Assembly: GCF_001194135.2 (NCBI RefSeq)
Contig: NC_069003.1
Span: 37,203,593-37,267,592, forward strand
From: Octopus bimaculoides
Taxonomy: Eukaryota
Length of the DNA: 64,000 nucleotides
Reading direction: 5' to 3'
The notes under the pieces are model-generated. The model saw nothing but the letters and a program-made list of their open reading frames with translations. It made no database searches and was not told the DNA's origin. Both the position numbers and the translations under genes were made by a program. Below, piece after piece: positions 48,684-62,300 of the stretch. Position 1 is the first letter of the stretch. Each line of letters begins with the position of its first letter.

Positions 48684-51600
48684 CTGTTTAGAGAACCATG
48701 TAAGCAAAACCAATCACTGGTCAGCCTTTTGATTATCTAATCCCATTCTAGCGCCAACAAGCAATGCTAAACATTGACATTTACATGGACCAAACATCAC
48801 ACCTCCCCCACACCAAACAATGCTCCCTGAAAAAAATATTAATGTTGCTCTAAACTTGAAGATTCTTGTTGACAATGTTAGAAAAGTGGAATTACCATTT
48901 GCTCCATGAATATCTTTCTGTAAGTAGACTTATGAATGCCAGTGAAAGGAAGGGCTTGCAGCTGAGAACTGAACCTGGGCCTCAAACTTTACTTAGCAGA
49001 AAAAATTTCTTCCACATAACAGGGGTTGACACATCAAGACTGTGGCAAACTCTTTTGTGTGCATCTATATATAGACACTACAGCAGCTAGAAATAGCAGC
49101 CAAATTTCCTTGAAATCAACCACCTACTATTTAATGGGATTTTTTTTTTTTTTTTTAATAATTAAAGAACACATTTGATAAAATGTGGAATAACATCAGA
49201 TAATGATGACAGATTGATCCTAGATAATAAAATTACATATGATATAATGGACCAAACTAAAATAAGGCCAGTGTGAAAGCCACAAAATATATGTCGGTCT
49301 TTGACGTTTCAGAAAACAGATATAACTTGTAACATATGTCAAATTGACATATCTCACCAAAAATCTGATCAAATGGATTTTGATATTATCAAGAAAAGAA
49401 AAGACACTCACCTGAATTTTCATCATTTTCTCCATAAAATATTCAATGTTTCTAGCAACTGTTTCCAATTTTTCAGTTTCTGTCCAGTTTGCATTTTGGC
49501 AAATTTGATCCATGTTTTTATCAAACTCTTGCAATTTTAATTTCAGTAAATCGAAATAAAATCGAATTTCTTCATTGTTTGAAGCTAAATCAAAATCAAG
49601 ATAATTTTTGGCTCTTTGTTTAACAGGAAGAAAACGAATTTCATAGAGTTTGGAGAATGTTTTGAATTGGCAAATCTTTGCTGAATGAGCAGGTTTTTTC
49701 AAGTGTTTAAATAAAGTTTCTTTCTCATCAGAACTGTTATTTCCATTATTAGTAATATTGATCTTAAAAGGAGTGATCCATTGCTTTGAGGTAAATGAAA
49801 CATTACAAATCGAGCAATACTTCTCACTTGGACTAACTAAAGGTAAGTTAATTGGGATCTCTAACGATCTCAGCTCCTTCAATAATTTATTTCTATATCT
49901 CAGATAAGCATTTGTAATCACCTGAACAGCTTTTGTTTGTATCACAGAATCCTTCTTTTTATCTTTTTCGTCATCACTTATTAGAATTTCCACCATTTTT
50001 TCTGTTAATTGAGAGTCAATTTCAGAGACAACTGTGGGGCTTGTGTCAGCCATTTCAAGCCTCAACATTGACAATTGCTTATCAGAAACAAACTGCAGTC
50101 CTAATGGTTTCCTATTTTTAAACATCCAATAATATCTAGAGATTTTATATTCTGCAGTCTGCATCAAAACTTTTATAGTATCTTTAATAAGCCTACATGC
50201 TTCATCTTTGTTTATTGTAATCAGTCTGCATATATCTTTCACTCTTAATAAGGGATCCTCAACTAGAGTTGTAACATTTCCACATTTCATTAAAAATTCA
50301 AGGTCAGGTATTTTTTCAAAAGGATGCTCAGAAAAACAATGAATGTAACAAAGGCCCAAAATGAAAACACGCTTTGCAAGTTTCCTGGACTCTACATCTT
50401 TTCTTTGTAAACACTGAAAAATGTTGTCACTGAAAACCAAATTGACCATTTTGGCCACACGTTCCTCTAGAAATTTCAAATAGAGCCACATACGACTGGA
50501 ATTTATAATGTCTTGAAGCTTTTCTGAAAATGCTGATTGAAGTGTATCCATAATATCAATTGAGGAAATCTGAGAGGCAGGGAGAACAACTGATATTTTG
50601 CAGTGTCTCATTAGTAACATAAAACTTACTGTCATAAAGAATTCAATCCACAATAAGAGACAGTGCAAATCTGGCAGAATACGTTTCCTCTTTTTTAGAA
50701 ACAAAACACAAAATTTAGAAAATTGAATGACAGCTTCAAATGGTTGACGTTTTTCATAAAGAAAATACAAAGAATCAAAGAAACGTTGGTAGATGCACAT
50801 GTATTTGTTGTCAGAAGAAACCAAAGATGAGTTTACAATAGACACCTTTGGAAAGGATTCTTTTCCAATTTGTTGGTGCATCTCTTGTATGAATTTGCTT
50901 AAATCATATCTAATATTTAGCCAGCTGAATAACACATTTACTTCAAAATAGAAATCTGAAGACTGTACTTTTTCCGATAGAGTCATCCTTTGAAAAATCA
51001 TTATATAATGTTTTCGAATACACATTTTTAAGGCAGTTATATTGTCTGGATGGAAGAAGTTTGACAAATGGGTATCTTGATCTAAATTTGAAATCAGGGC
51101 TTTATAAAGATGAGTTGCAAAGAATTTAAACTCTTTAAAATCGTCTTGTAGCTTTATAGTGAGAAGCATTTCACAGATAAGTATACGAATATCAAAATGA
51201 GGTAAAGTACTGGATTTATGAAGATGCATACATTTTTTCTCCTGAAAACGGCAGAAATCTCCATGTTGACTTCCATAAAAATTTGCCAAATGACAACAAC
51301 AAGTTTCTGAAGACTGGCATAATTCTTCAGATTCAAATGGACAGGGTGTACTTATGATGATGTGGATGATTAGCTTGTGGTACAGCATGTGGAATAACTT
51401 CCGAATACAAGATTTGAGGTATTTATTCAGCCATGATTTGAATTTCTCAAAAGTAAAACTTGCATAAGATATTCTATTACAAACATTGTATTCTATGAGA
51501 GATATGCAACACAATGGTTCTGTTGTGTGAGATTTCCACACAGAATCATCCTTGAAAGAGAGACCAAAATATGGTAAATATGATTTTATCACAAGGTTTG

Positions 51601-54600
51601 AACTTGGCAGAGGACTTTTCATCAAATTTAGTAAATCAAAACTTTCCTTGATAACATTCCAAAACGATTCCTTATAGAAATCATGAGGCTCAAGATCCAT
51701 GAAGAATTGAACTGCTTCTAAACAACCTGCAAAAGAAATAAAACATAAATCAGTGAACAGAATTTTTTAAAATAAGTTGTTTTAGAATCTAATAAAGCAG
51801 GACAATCACAGCTGGCCAGTTTGATGGGCTTTTTTGGAAATCCAACCAAAGAGTTAACAGTTTTGTCTCAAGTCATTTGTGCTACACAGTACCAGTAGAT
51901 ATGACAACTATAACTGCCCAAGTCCACCTTGAGGTACAAAGATTCCATAGGTTAGCTCTCACATCAGTGATATACTTTGATCTTTGTTTCAAATAACAAC
52001 ATCAAATCTACAGTGTTTGTGTGTGTGGACGCGTGCACGAGCACTTTTAAAATAATCGAGAAAGGAAGGACAATGTGCCTGTTCTTTCTATGCCTTCCTT
52101 TGCTGACAGCATACAGACATCTAAATAAAGTTCCTAAAGATTCGTGTTGTGGGGAAGAGCAAAGGGAAAGCAATGCTGAATAATTTGCACGAATCTCTGT
52201 AAGAAACTCAACTGAAAATAGCCATGAAGTGGAGGAGGAGGAAGAGTGCAAGGGGTTCTACTCAACAGCTTACAGAGAGACAGATCCAAGCTAAATGCAT
52301 TACCAATGAAGTTAAGCTTCTAGTAACAAACTCTAAGACACCTTTTTCCAACTCTTACTGGCAGTCAATGGCACTGCTCATCTGAGATGGCAGGAAAAAG
52401 TGTATTGCAACGAGTATATTGGATTTACTAGAATTGTTGAATCCTCCCTTGTTCATGAAGTTCTACTTCTAGAAGTTATTTCCAACATAAGAATGTCACC
52501 TCATCAACGAAATCAATGAGGAACAACTGAACATTATTAGAACAATCTTGCCAGGCAAAGCTTCATCCTTTTTCCCTCTTAGAAGCAACAGTTCAATTTG
52601 TGACCATGAAACTGACTACTTCAGGCTGTAAGTAATAATGGCTGAGTGATTAAAGTACGGGACTACCAGCAAAGAGATCCAAGTCCAAATTCAAGCAATC
52701 ATTTTGTTGTATACTTGCAAAATAGACTTACTTCTCTACACAATGATTCCTTGTCAAACGAGAGAGAGAGCTGTCTCACCCTGAGGTCAGTTGAAGTCTC
52801 ATCCACAACAGGGACTGTTGTGGTTTCTCATCTGGTAATCACCACAAACGACCTTCAAAATAAACAACCTCACCATTTAACAAACTTCAAAATGTCTTTT
52901 TTACTGATTCTTTAGACACTGAACCTTTCATTTACCAACCCATCTGCATATTAGCATTAGTTGGATGGTTCAACATGATCCAATGGACTCTTAGAGGACT
53001 GTGTTAGGCTCCATTGTCTGCATTGACACAGTTTCTATGGCTGGATGTCCTTCTTAATGCCAACCAGTTTACAGAATGTACTCAGTGCTTTTTCTCATGG
53101 CAAAGCACAAGTGGGGGTGGAGGAGAACAAGTAACTTGTGCGACTCCTTGAGAGAATGGAGGCATAGTATTGAGAGAGGAGGCTTTGAGTCAAGTGTTGA
53201 GAGGCTAAAGTATGATAGAGAGGACACGGGCACAGCTGTGCGGCTGTATGAGGGGGGGGGCGCTGAAAAGCTCCTTTTGAGTTATTTTGCAGGGCTTAGA
53301 AAAACTGAAGGGTAGCTGCAATAAGTGTGTGTGAATCTGAGAGGGGAATATGTTGAATAAAATCATAATTAACAGATCCTCCTGTATTTTCTTTTACCGA
53401 AAGTCAGGAAGTTTTCAGCCTCACCCCGTCAAAGAAGAATAACATGGCTACTTCCGCAGGAAAGAGAGAAAAGATGATGGAGATGAGATATCAGGATGTA
53501 CCCTCAAGGGACAAAAAGATGGACAAAGAGAAAATAAGGACTAAGAATGAAAATGTGGAATTATTTCAAGCAAAATGAAAAATGCCTCTTACCAATTGGA
53601 ACCTTCACTAATTTGAACAGCTTGAAGGCCTCCACTGCATCAATGGTGCATTTGGTGTTAGTTTCATTCAGTTTAGCAAGTAACAGGTGGCATTTACCCA
53701 GACCAAAATTGTTGCCTTCTTTCTTATAAAGCAGCAGAGCATTCCTCAAATCTTCTTCGACGTTTCTTGAGATATCAATGTCAATGTCACCATTATCCCC
53801 ACCCTCAGCAGCAGCAGGGGATGGCATCGGTGTGGACACACGCATTGACTTTAGTTTTGCCACAACATACCTGTGTCCAGCTTGTTTATAGAGGCAGTCA
53901 GCATACAGGTTGTTGTTATTAAGGGTGGCTGCCACTGCTACACTCTCAGAGAACAAGTTGTTCTGCCAAAGTAATTCCATTGAAGACTGAACTTGGCCTA
54001 TTGAGAAAATAAATTTAAATAAATGAACAAATAAAAATTCTTATGTATGACTTTAGCTGTGACTGTGGAAGCAAACAAAAGGTTTAGAAATTTAGTTAAT
54101 TAGTTAAGTCAATTAACTGTCACATATGCTTATTGGTGGAGAGGCACAAACAGCATTGTGATAGAGGTGACCACTAAGATATTGTGGGTCAATAAAAAGT
54201 TAATGGTATTTTGGAATTGATCAGCAGAGCTATACAGCCATCAACATCATCATTTAATGTCCACTCATCCATGCTTGCATGGGTCAGACGGAATTTATTG
54301 AGGCAGATTTTCTGCAATCCGATACCCTTCCTATCACCAACCCTCACCTGTTTCCAAGAAAGGTAAATACATGCCCTTGTGACCAGATGTCTTCCATGGA
54401 AGACTGGAAACAAGCAACTCCTTCTTTTCTTCTCTCACTCTCATCCTCTTTTACTCTCAGCCCCGGAGTTAAATGACTATCAAATTTAAGATACCCAAAT
54501 TACATCAAAACAGCATCCCTAGAATTTTATAAGGAGTTCAGGACCTGAAGTAAGACAAACATCAACAAATAAAAGAAGCTGGTTTATAATCTATGTAGAA

Positions 54601-56051
54601 ATGCTAATCCATACCATTATTTCTGAGCAGTTCAGCAGCATCTTTGAAGAGTCTCTTCTTCTCCAGGAAATTCAGTTGATCTTCCAATGTGGTGAAATGA
54701 AGCAAGGCAGCCTTCATTTTCTCAAAATCCTTACGTTGGCAGTAAAGATTTGCAGCTTGCTGAGCAAGGTAGCATATATCTTTTGTTGGACAATTCTCTA
54801 TGAACCCCTCAGGTGCAGAATCACCATATGACTTGAAAGAAAAGCATACAAAAACATACGAAATATATGTGTACATAAATAGAGAGATAGATAGACAGCT
54901 TAGTGACAGGATTCATTAGCACCAGGCCAAGTCTTGCCAGTAGAGGTAATAGCTTTCTGAACTTTCTCCAACATGTTCTTATTCTAACTATTACCCTTTC
55001 AAAGCTAATCACATCACAGAGGTAACAAAAGCTATCAATCATTTCTAGTGAACCATCTGGGCATTTGAAAGGATCTATTTCTCTAACACTCTTACTGCTC
55101 ATTTCCCTTGTGCATCTGCTGGATACGAAATCTACCTTCTCTCCCTTAACCTGCCTGTAACCCCAACATGACCTTGTGTCGTTCATTGTTGAAACACTTT
55201 ATGGAATTTCTACTGACTCTTTTTCTGCATACAGAGTACAGCTTTATCCCTGATGCTATAACAGTCCTGTCTTCTTGGCTAATTATTACAACTTTTTATT
55301 TCATTAAGTACACTTTAACCCTTTAATATTCACATTACTCTGTGAAATGTAATCCTTATTATTGTTTTGAATTAATCATGTACCTTTCAGATTTCAATGG
55401 TGTGTTTGTATACTTTTAGAATGACATTGTAGGCTGAATTGAATGCTAAAAATTTAGGGTCCCTCAATTCTGGGTTTTACTTCCATGCCTGGAATTTCTA
55501 CTTCAATTTTTCTTACAGATTTTACTATAAGAGCTCAGCCATCAGCATAGAGGAGGAGCGTCCAAGACAACTGGTCTTAAAATGCATCTGTTATGGCTTG
55601 CAGGACCACAATAAACAATCTCTACCTCATGACTTCTACCTGTACACTACATTTATCACTGAACTCATTGCTGGCTTTTTATGAGTCATTCATCTACTCT
55701 TGGTTTCCTTAGAGACCATCAGATTACACTATGAGGGATTTTGTCAAAAATTGCCTCTACATCAATAAATAAGAGATCATAAAGGTTTAATCTCAGATAT
55801 GCGCTTCTTTCATAGCTGTCTCACTAGAAATATGGCATTAGTGGTACCACTTTCTAGAACAAAGCCCAACTGCACCCCATCCAAGAAAATACTATCCCTA
55901 ATCAGTTTTGCAATAATATTTCTCTGTAACCTTCATGACCTGGTTCAACATTTTGATATCTTCTGTAGTTTCCTCTCTCTTGCCCTTCTAGCAGTTTACA
56001 ATGATACCACAGCACCAGCCATTGTGAATGAAACATTATATATATACATAC

Positions 56052-56087
<36 letters not shown>

Positions 56088-59000
56088 TTGTATAGAAAGA
56101 AATTCTTCTTTCTAAGGATGTCTTACATCACAAGGGTCCACTGGTTTATCTCTATATCGATTAATTTACAGATGTTTTCATCCATTCAATATATGAGAAC
56201 AAAATTTTAGTAATATGATGTAAAAAGATTTTTATCTTCTAAATTCATAATGTAATTTTTAATTATAAAATATGAATGAAAGTAGATATTGCAACGTATG
56301 TAGACATTATGAAATTGACTATTATGTAAATAAACCAGTCGTGCTGTGTTCAAACTCCATTTTCTTTATATTATATACATCCATCTGTTTCTGAAGATTT
56401 CACCTAAAGTCATTTTAGTTCACAGTTCAATGTTTGTGTAAAAAAAAATGTAAATTTATTTTAAAATTTATACAAACACAAAGACACACACTGAATATTA
56501 AAAATAAATTATATAATCAACCTGTTGAAGACTTTTGTATTCTTGAATTAATTCAATGGCATGATTATACTGTTTGGCATCATGGAGGACATCAACTGCT
56601 TTACCATATAAGGAGATCTTTAGGTAACACTGCACAGCTTCCTCGTACATCTTTGCATTCTTAAAATTCACTGCAGCTTCCTTGTACTAATGATCAATTT
56701 TTTAAGAAAAAGAAAAAATGAAAATTCAAAACAGAAAAGCCATTTTGCAAGAGGGGGGATCAGTCAACTACATCAACCAGACCCATCCCAAGTGTATGTG
56801 TGTGGGTGAGAGAGAGGAAATACAAATGTACTAATACATGCCTTGCAACATTTTCGATAAAGACGGGCAGAAAGTTCATATTTGCCCCCTTCAGATAAAC
56901 ACCATGCTGATCTGATACACATGTTACAATCAAAGAAATACTTGGAAGCAATGAGGAAGTGCTTCCACTTCTTGGCAGTTGAGTCTTGCATTTGAGCCTG
57001 TTGAACATACAGGAATGCTGTTGCCACCTTTTCTTCATTCTTGTGACCACTTTTCTGGAAACATTTTATAGCAATTTCAAAATGTTTTCGCTCAATGAAA
57101 GACATTCCTTTCATAAACCATTCTTCTGGTGTTGAGCTTCTGGCAAATTCAGTATTGTCAGGGTCTAAAGATAGGAGAAAAAAACACACACATGTATAAA
57201 AACAAAAACAACACTCGTAGCATAATGGGGGTCTGTAATTAGTGGCTGTAATCTAGCGGATCTGATTGTTTTTGAATGTTAAATGGTGGTAGATTGCAAA
57301 ATCAGTAGAGCTCTGTAGAAGATGCCTTGTGATATCTGATTACATCTATGTATGTTCTGACATCAGGACCTATACGAAGACAGCTTTGTTTTCCATTCCA
57401 ATCAATGAAGCTGATTAAATTTATTAAATTCCTTCCTTATAAATTTAAGACATTGTATCTAATTGTAATGGTGAGGTTGAAGCGAATCCTATTCATGAAG
57501 GAAGTCTCGTTTTCACTAGTACACACTGATAATCTGTGGCCCATGAAGGGGGATAGTTGCAGATGGAGAGAAGCAGGGAGGAGTCAGTTTTTCCCACAAT
57601 TGTTGCTAAGGTGTCAAGATCTTTCACAATGATCCTTAACAAACAAGTGCAGGGATACAGCCAGATAGTTTCACAGTGACCCTTAATAAACACATAGGCA
57701 CACCAGTGATACTTTCATACCAATTTATTCATATATATATATATATCCTACACACACACACACACACACACACACAACTATCCATGTACAAATTTGTTCT
57801 GACATACACATCCATATATATACTGTAGTTTTTTTACACACTCATCAAGTTATTTATACATAACTTTACTCATCTTACACATCCTTCACATGTCTACCAA
57901 AACATAACTCCAAACATCCACACACACACACATTTCAACATTCCTTCGTCTGATGTGATCATATAACTGAATGTAATTAAAGATCCACTCCAAAACAACT
58001 TCACACACCCAATGTTATCACCTCTACAAACATTTTAAGCCATCTGATGGAAAACTGCATACCTTCACTAGAAGTATCAACAAATGCAACCAAACGCAGA
58101 ACCTGAAAATACTCAAAAACTGGAGTTCGTTTTTCATTGGATGTATCAAAAATCCAAATGTTATGTTTTGCCCTTGTAAGTGCTGTGTATAAATACTTTA
58201 ATTCAGAGTTTAGAACCTTGTGCTTGTTTGGGTCAAAGGTTAAAGGATGAGGATGGTTCTGGGAATCAAGAACATCTGCAAAGAAAAAACAAAACAAAAC
58301 ATTAGTTATTTTTATTGTCCAGTATACCTGTTGTGTGGCATGTCTTTCTAATTGTTTAAATTTCATGTCATACTATTTGGGAGAAGCTTGTTTGTCTAAT
58401 ATTTCACATTGAAGTTCTTCTATCTTGTTCTTACTCAAATGTATATTACCAATTCATTTACAATGTGTTTTATGGAATATTCACTACAGTCAATTTGAAC
58501 CCATGACTCTTGGATTGTTAATCTAATATTTCATACATTTCAGTCATTCTTTCCCCTCTAAACATTGGTGCTACCATTAAGCTGCAACAATTTGGAAAGT
58601 GGGAAATTTCCGGACATTTAGACTTCCTCAACAGCTTTCACAAATTGATAAAAGAAAAAAAAAAAACATAATTTAATGTGAACATATTTAATATGAGGTG
58701 GGGCTGGAATTTAACTAGGATTAATAATAAATATATAACTTGATCTGATAGATAACAGCAATAAATCACCAAGAAAAGAGAAGTTACATTGAATAATGTA
58801 GTCTAAGATACACAATGCCTAAGGAAAAAAGGGTATAATTATGGCTGAAATGTCATTGATCTATTAGATGAAGACTGATTCAAAGCTAAACAACAACAAA
58901 GAATGTGATTCACCTAAGTTTAATTCAGTTGATCTTTGACCATTTCCTTCGCTCTCATTATTGGTTTCTGCAATTAATTCCTGCAAATAGCTTGTTATTA

Positions 59001-59345
59001 TTCGCCATTCATCAGTCACCTGCAATTGATAATTTACTAGAAATGACTGATGCATAAAATATAGTAAAAGAGATTTTTCTTGTAACATCATCTGGTTCTT
59101 TTATTTGATATCAAACACATCTACACATCCATTCAGCCTGGCACTCCATCTTTGTCTTCTTTCATCTCCTTCCAGCCACCCTTGGATCTCCTCTGTAGCA
59201 AGATACCTGTGCTTGTCTTCTTATACTTTAGCCTTTCAACACCTGGTATAAAGTCACTCCCAACCCCACCTACAAGATGGAACTTTTCCTTTCCCCATTT
59301 TTTTCAGCTCAATAGACCCGGTGGCATGAAAAAACCACCACCAGC

Positions 59346-59382
<37 letters not shown>

Positions 59383-62300
59383 ACAATAATCAACAGGGTT
59401 GCAGAACTACTAAAATACAATTTTTTCCCCCCCATGTTGTGTATGATGTGTGATGAAGAAATGAAATTTAATAAAGCAATTTGAAGTATGTGAAGAATGT
59501 GTGGCCTTCATGAGAGGCTGGAAGGGAAATTATATTAACATAAAAATGAAACTGTACCAGAGAATCCTTGAAGAAGTTGTACAAAAGGATATCATTGAAT
59601 TCTAAGCCTTTTGATTCAGCAATTGTGAGAACAATTCCAGATGAAAGAAAACTGGGTAATTCCTGTTTTGCTTGATTATTTGCCACAAGAATAGCCTGAA
59701 ATAGAAGAGACAAAAACATGAGAGAAAAGGCAGAGAACAAAATGAGAGAGTAAGAAAAAGTAACAACACCAAAAATAAACAAAACTATCAATAGTAACAA
59801 TACAAAAACAACAACATAAGCTTAGCTATATTCTTACCTTGCAACAAAGTGGAAGCCAGAAGGATTCAATGAAGATCAAATAAGACAAAAGAAACTATTA
59901 TGGATCTTTACATTATGATTTGTCTGAGAAAATTCAGAGAATCTGAAATACATGAGAATTGGATTCTAAAAGTAGCACTACACTTTGTAGATTCCTTGCC
60001 AAAGGTAAATCCATCCAAGAATTATGGGAACATAACAACTACATTGATAACATTCCATTTCTGACGAATATAAAGTTGCCAATATATATTGGTAAATGAC
60101 TACAGAAATACTTTATTTTTGATCCATGCCTATGACAAAATGAACTTACCAATATTTAGATACCTCACTCATTGATTCATCACAATAAAAATCTGTAAAT
60201 GTACAACCATCCAGATATCTGAGTACCTTATTATTTTTTCATACATACCTGCTGGGCTCCAAATTCAATCAGATCTGTTGTCTGTTTGTCTCCTCCCAAT
60301 AACATAGCCAAGTCCTCATTATTACAGAACTCAAAGATTTTGGGTTTTGGGCCCTCATATGTTCCAATATCTTTCTCGGTTTTATCAAAAGATTCTGGGA
60401 AATATCTGCAAGAAGGATATCAAACAGTGATATGACATTGTGAGAGGTAAAAATAGTGTAAAGGGAAGAGGGTTGTAAGGAGAACAGAAGAGGTTGTAAC
60501 ATGAGCAACAAGTATGTGACACAAGTGCTGTAACTGTCTGACATGAGTGTCATGGTAGGGACGCCTGTTTGTATGTGCAAGTTTCAATGTTGAATAAAAA
60601 AATTAACAGTAATGACACTTGCAAGTTACTTAAGTCAGGCTGTGTGGCACAAGTGCAACTTCAACGTGACAGGAGGATTGTAAGAGTGTAACATGGATGA
60701 TGTGAGAATGTAACAGGATATGAAAACAACAGGAACTTGCTATGAAAGCAACTGGAGTGTAACATGAGTGCAAAGGAGTTTCAACACATCACAAGAACAT
60801 AGTCATCATCATCATCATCATCATCATAGCTTTAACATATACTTTTCCATCCTTCCATGGGGCAGACAGAATTTAAGGTAAGAACATTTAATAATAAACA
60901 AAGAAAACAAAAGGCCACATACCTGTTGAGTAAATCAAGAACACTAGAAGCCAATGAAACCACCCCACTGTGTGACCTGTAGTTGCAGGTCAAATAATGC
61001 ATTTTCTGGGGTACCTTGATAGAGTGGAGTTGCTTTAAATTTGAACATATCTCTTTTAGGTAATAAAAGAGTGACTTGAGGTCACAAAATCGAAATGCAA
61101 CACCTCTCATGATACTCTGGGCTGTGTCACCTGTGAGAAACATGTTGTTGGGATTTTCAACAAGTAATATCATCAGAAAGAGTTCAGCTTGAGTAAAATC
61201 CTGGACTTCATCGACATAAATCTCATGAATGGGGCAGAGGGTTGATTGGGAATTACGAAGCCGAGAGAATAAATTAAAAACAACATCCATCTCATCAAAC
61301 AGATGTCTTTCTCTTAAGAGTTTATTGTATTTCACAAATGCTTGGTATACCTACAAATAAAAAACAACATAAAAACAAAATATTTTATCACAAAATTAGA
61401 CACAATTTTCAGATAAAAAAAGAACTGACACATCAGTAGGACTTGAAACCAGTATTTGTTGTGTGTGTGTGTATCAATGCTAAAAAATATCTGCTTTAGA
61501 GAGGAAGTGAAGAATATCTTCAAAGTGTTACAATGGGGAAATTTATGTTGGGATATTTAAGTAAACACCACAAACAATATAGGAGATCAACCCAGATAAA
61601 CATAGACAGTACACCCGTAATTCATCTAAGCAAAATATTTAAACACCGAGTGTACAGAAACCAATAGGTAACTTGGTGTGAATTTAGAGATCAGAAGAAA
61701 AAATTCCAGTTTACAAACCTTTTCGCGGTCTGAGGTGAAATTCGGAGCCTGTTTTTTCCCAATCTCCAAATATTCATTTTTTGATAGGAAACCTTTCTCT
61801 GAAAGCAGGGATTTATAAGAGCCTTTTATGATTGACGTAATTTCAGTCCAAATAAGGGTGGGATGACAGCCAGGTACTGGATATTTAACTCGATTCCAAA
61901 ATTCCTTCTCAAATATGTCATATGTTACTTCATAAAAATCTTGGAAATTGCCACCAACGCTATTCTCTTTGATGTCCATGTCAAACAGATTGCTGGAATC
62001 TTCATCCAGCCAGTTTTTGAAGTCTGTTCTCAAAGTCATGTCTTCATTTCGAGGGAAAAAATATGGTGAACCAAGCGAGGCATCTAAAAGAACCCAAAAT
62101 TTCTTGGATGTTAGAAATATTGGGAAATTGTTGTCCTGAAGATCCTGAAAACATAACCCGGAAAATTCCATGTGGTTTTCACTCATATTCTCACCAATAC
62201 AGAGATTTTTGAAGTGTTTTTCCATTTCTGTACAGAGACAATTGTTTCGTGAAATAAACAGTTGATGAAGATGGCAGTAGTTTTCTGAATCATCTTTGCT

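Noticed and set aside
49301-51336. Small antisense and alternative-frame ORFs within the large TRANK1-like exon
   Set aside because: They are short shadows of the main reading frame with no independent features.
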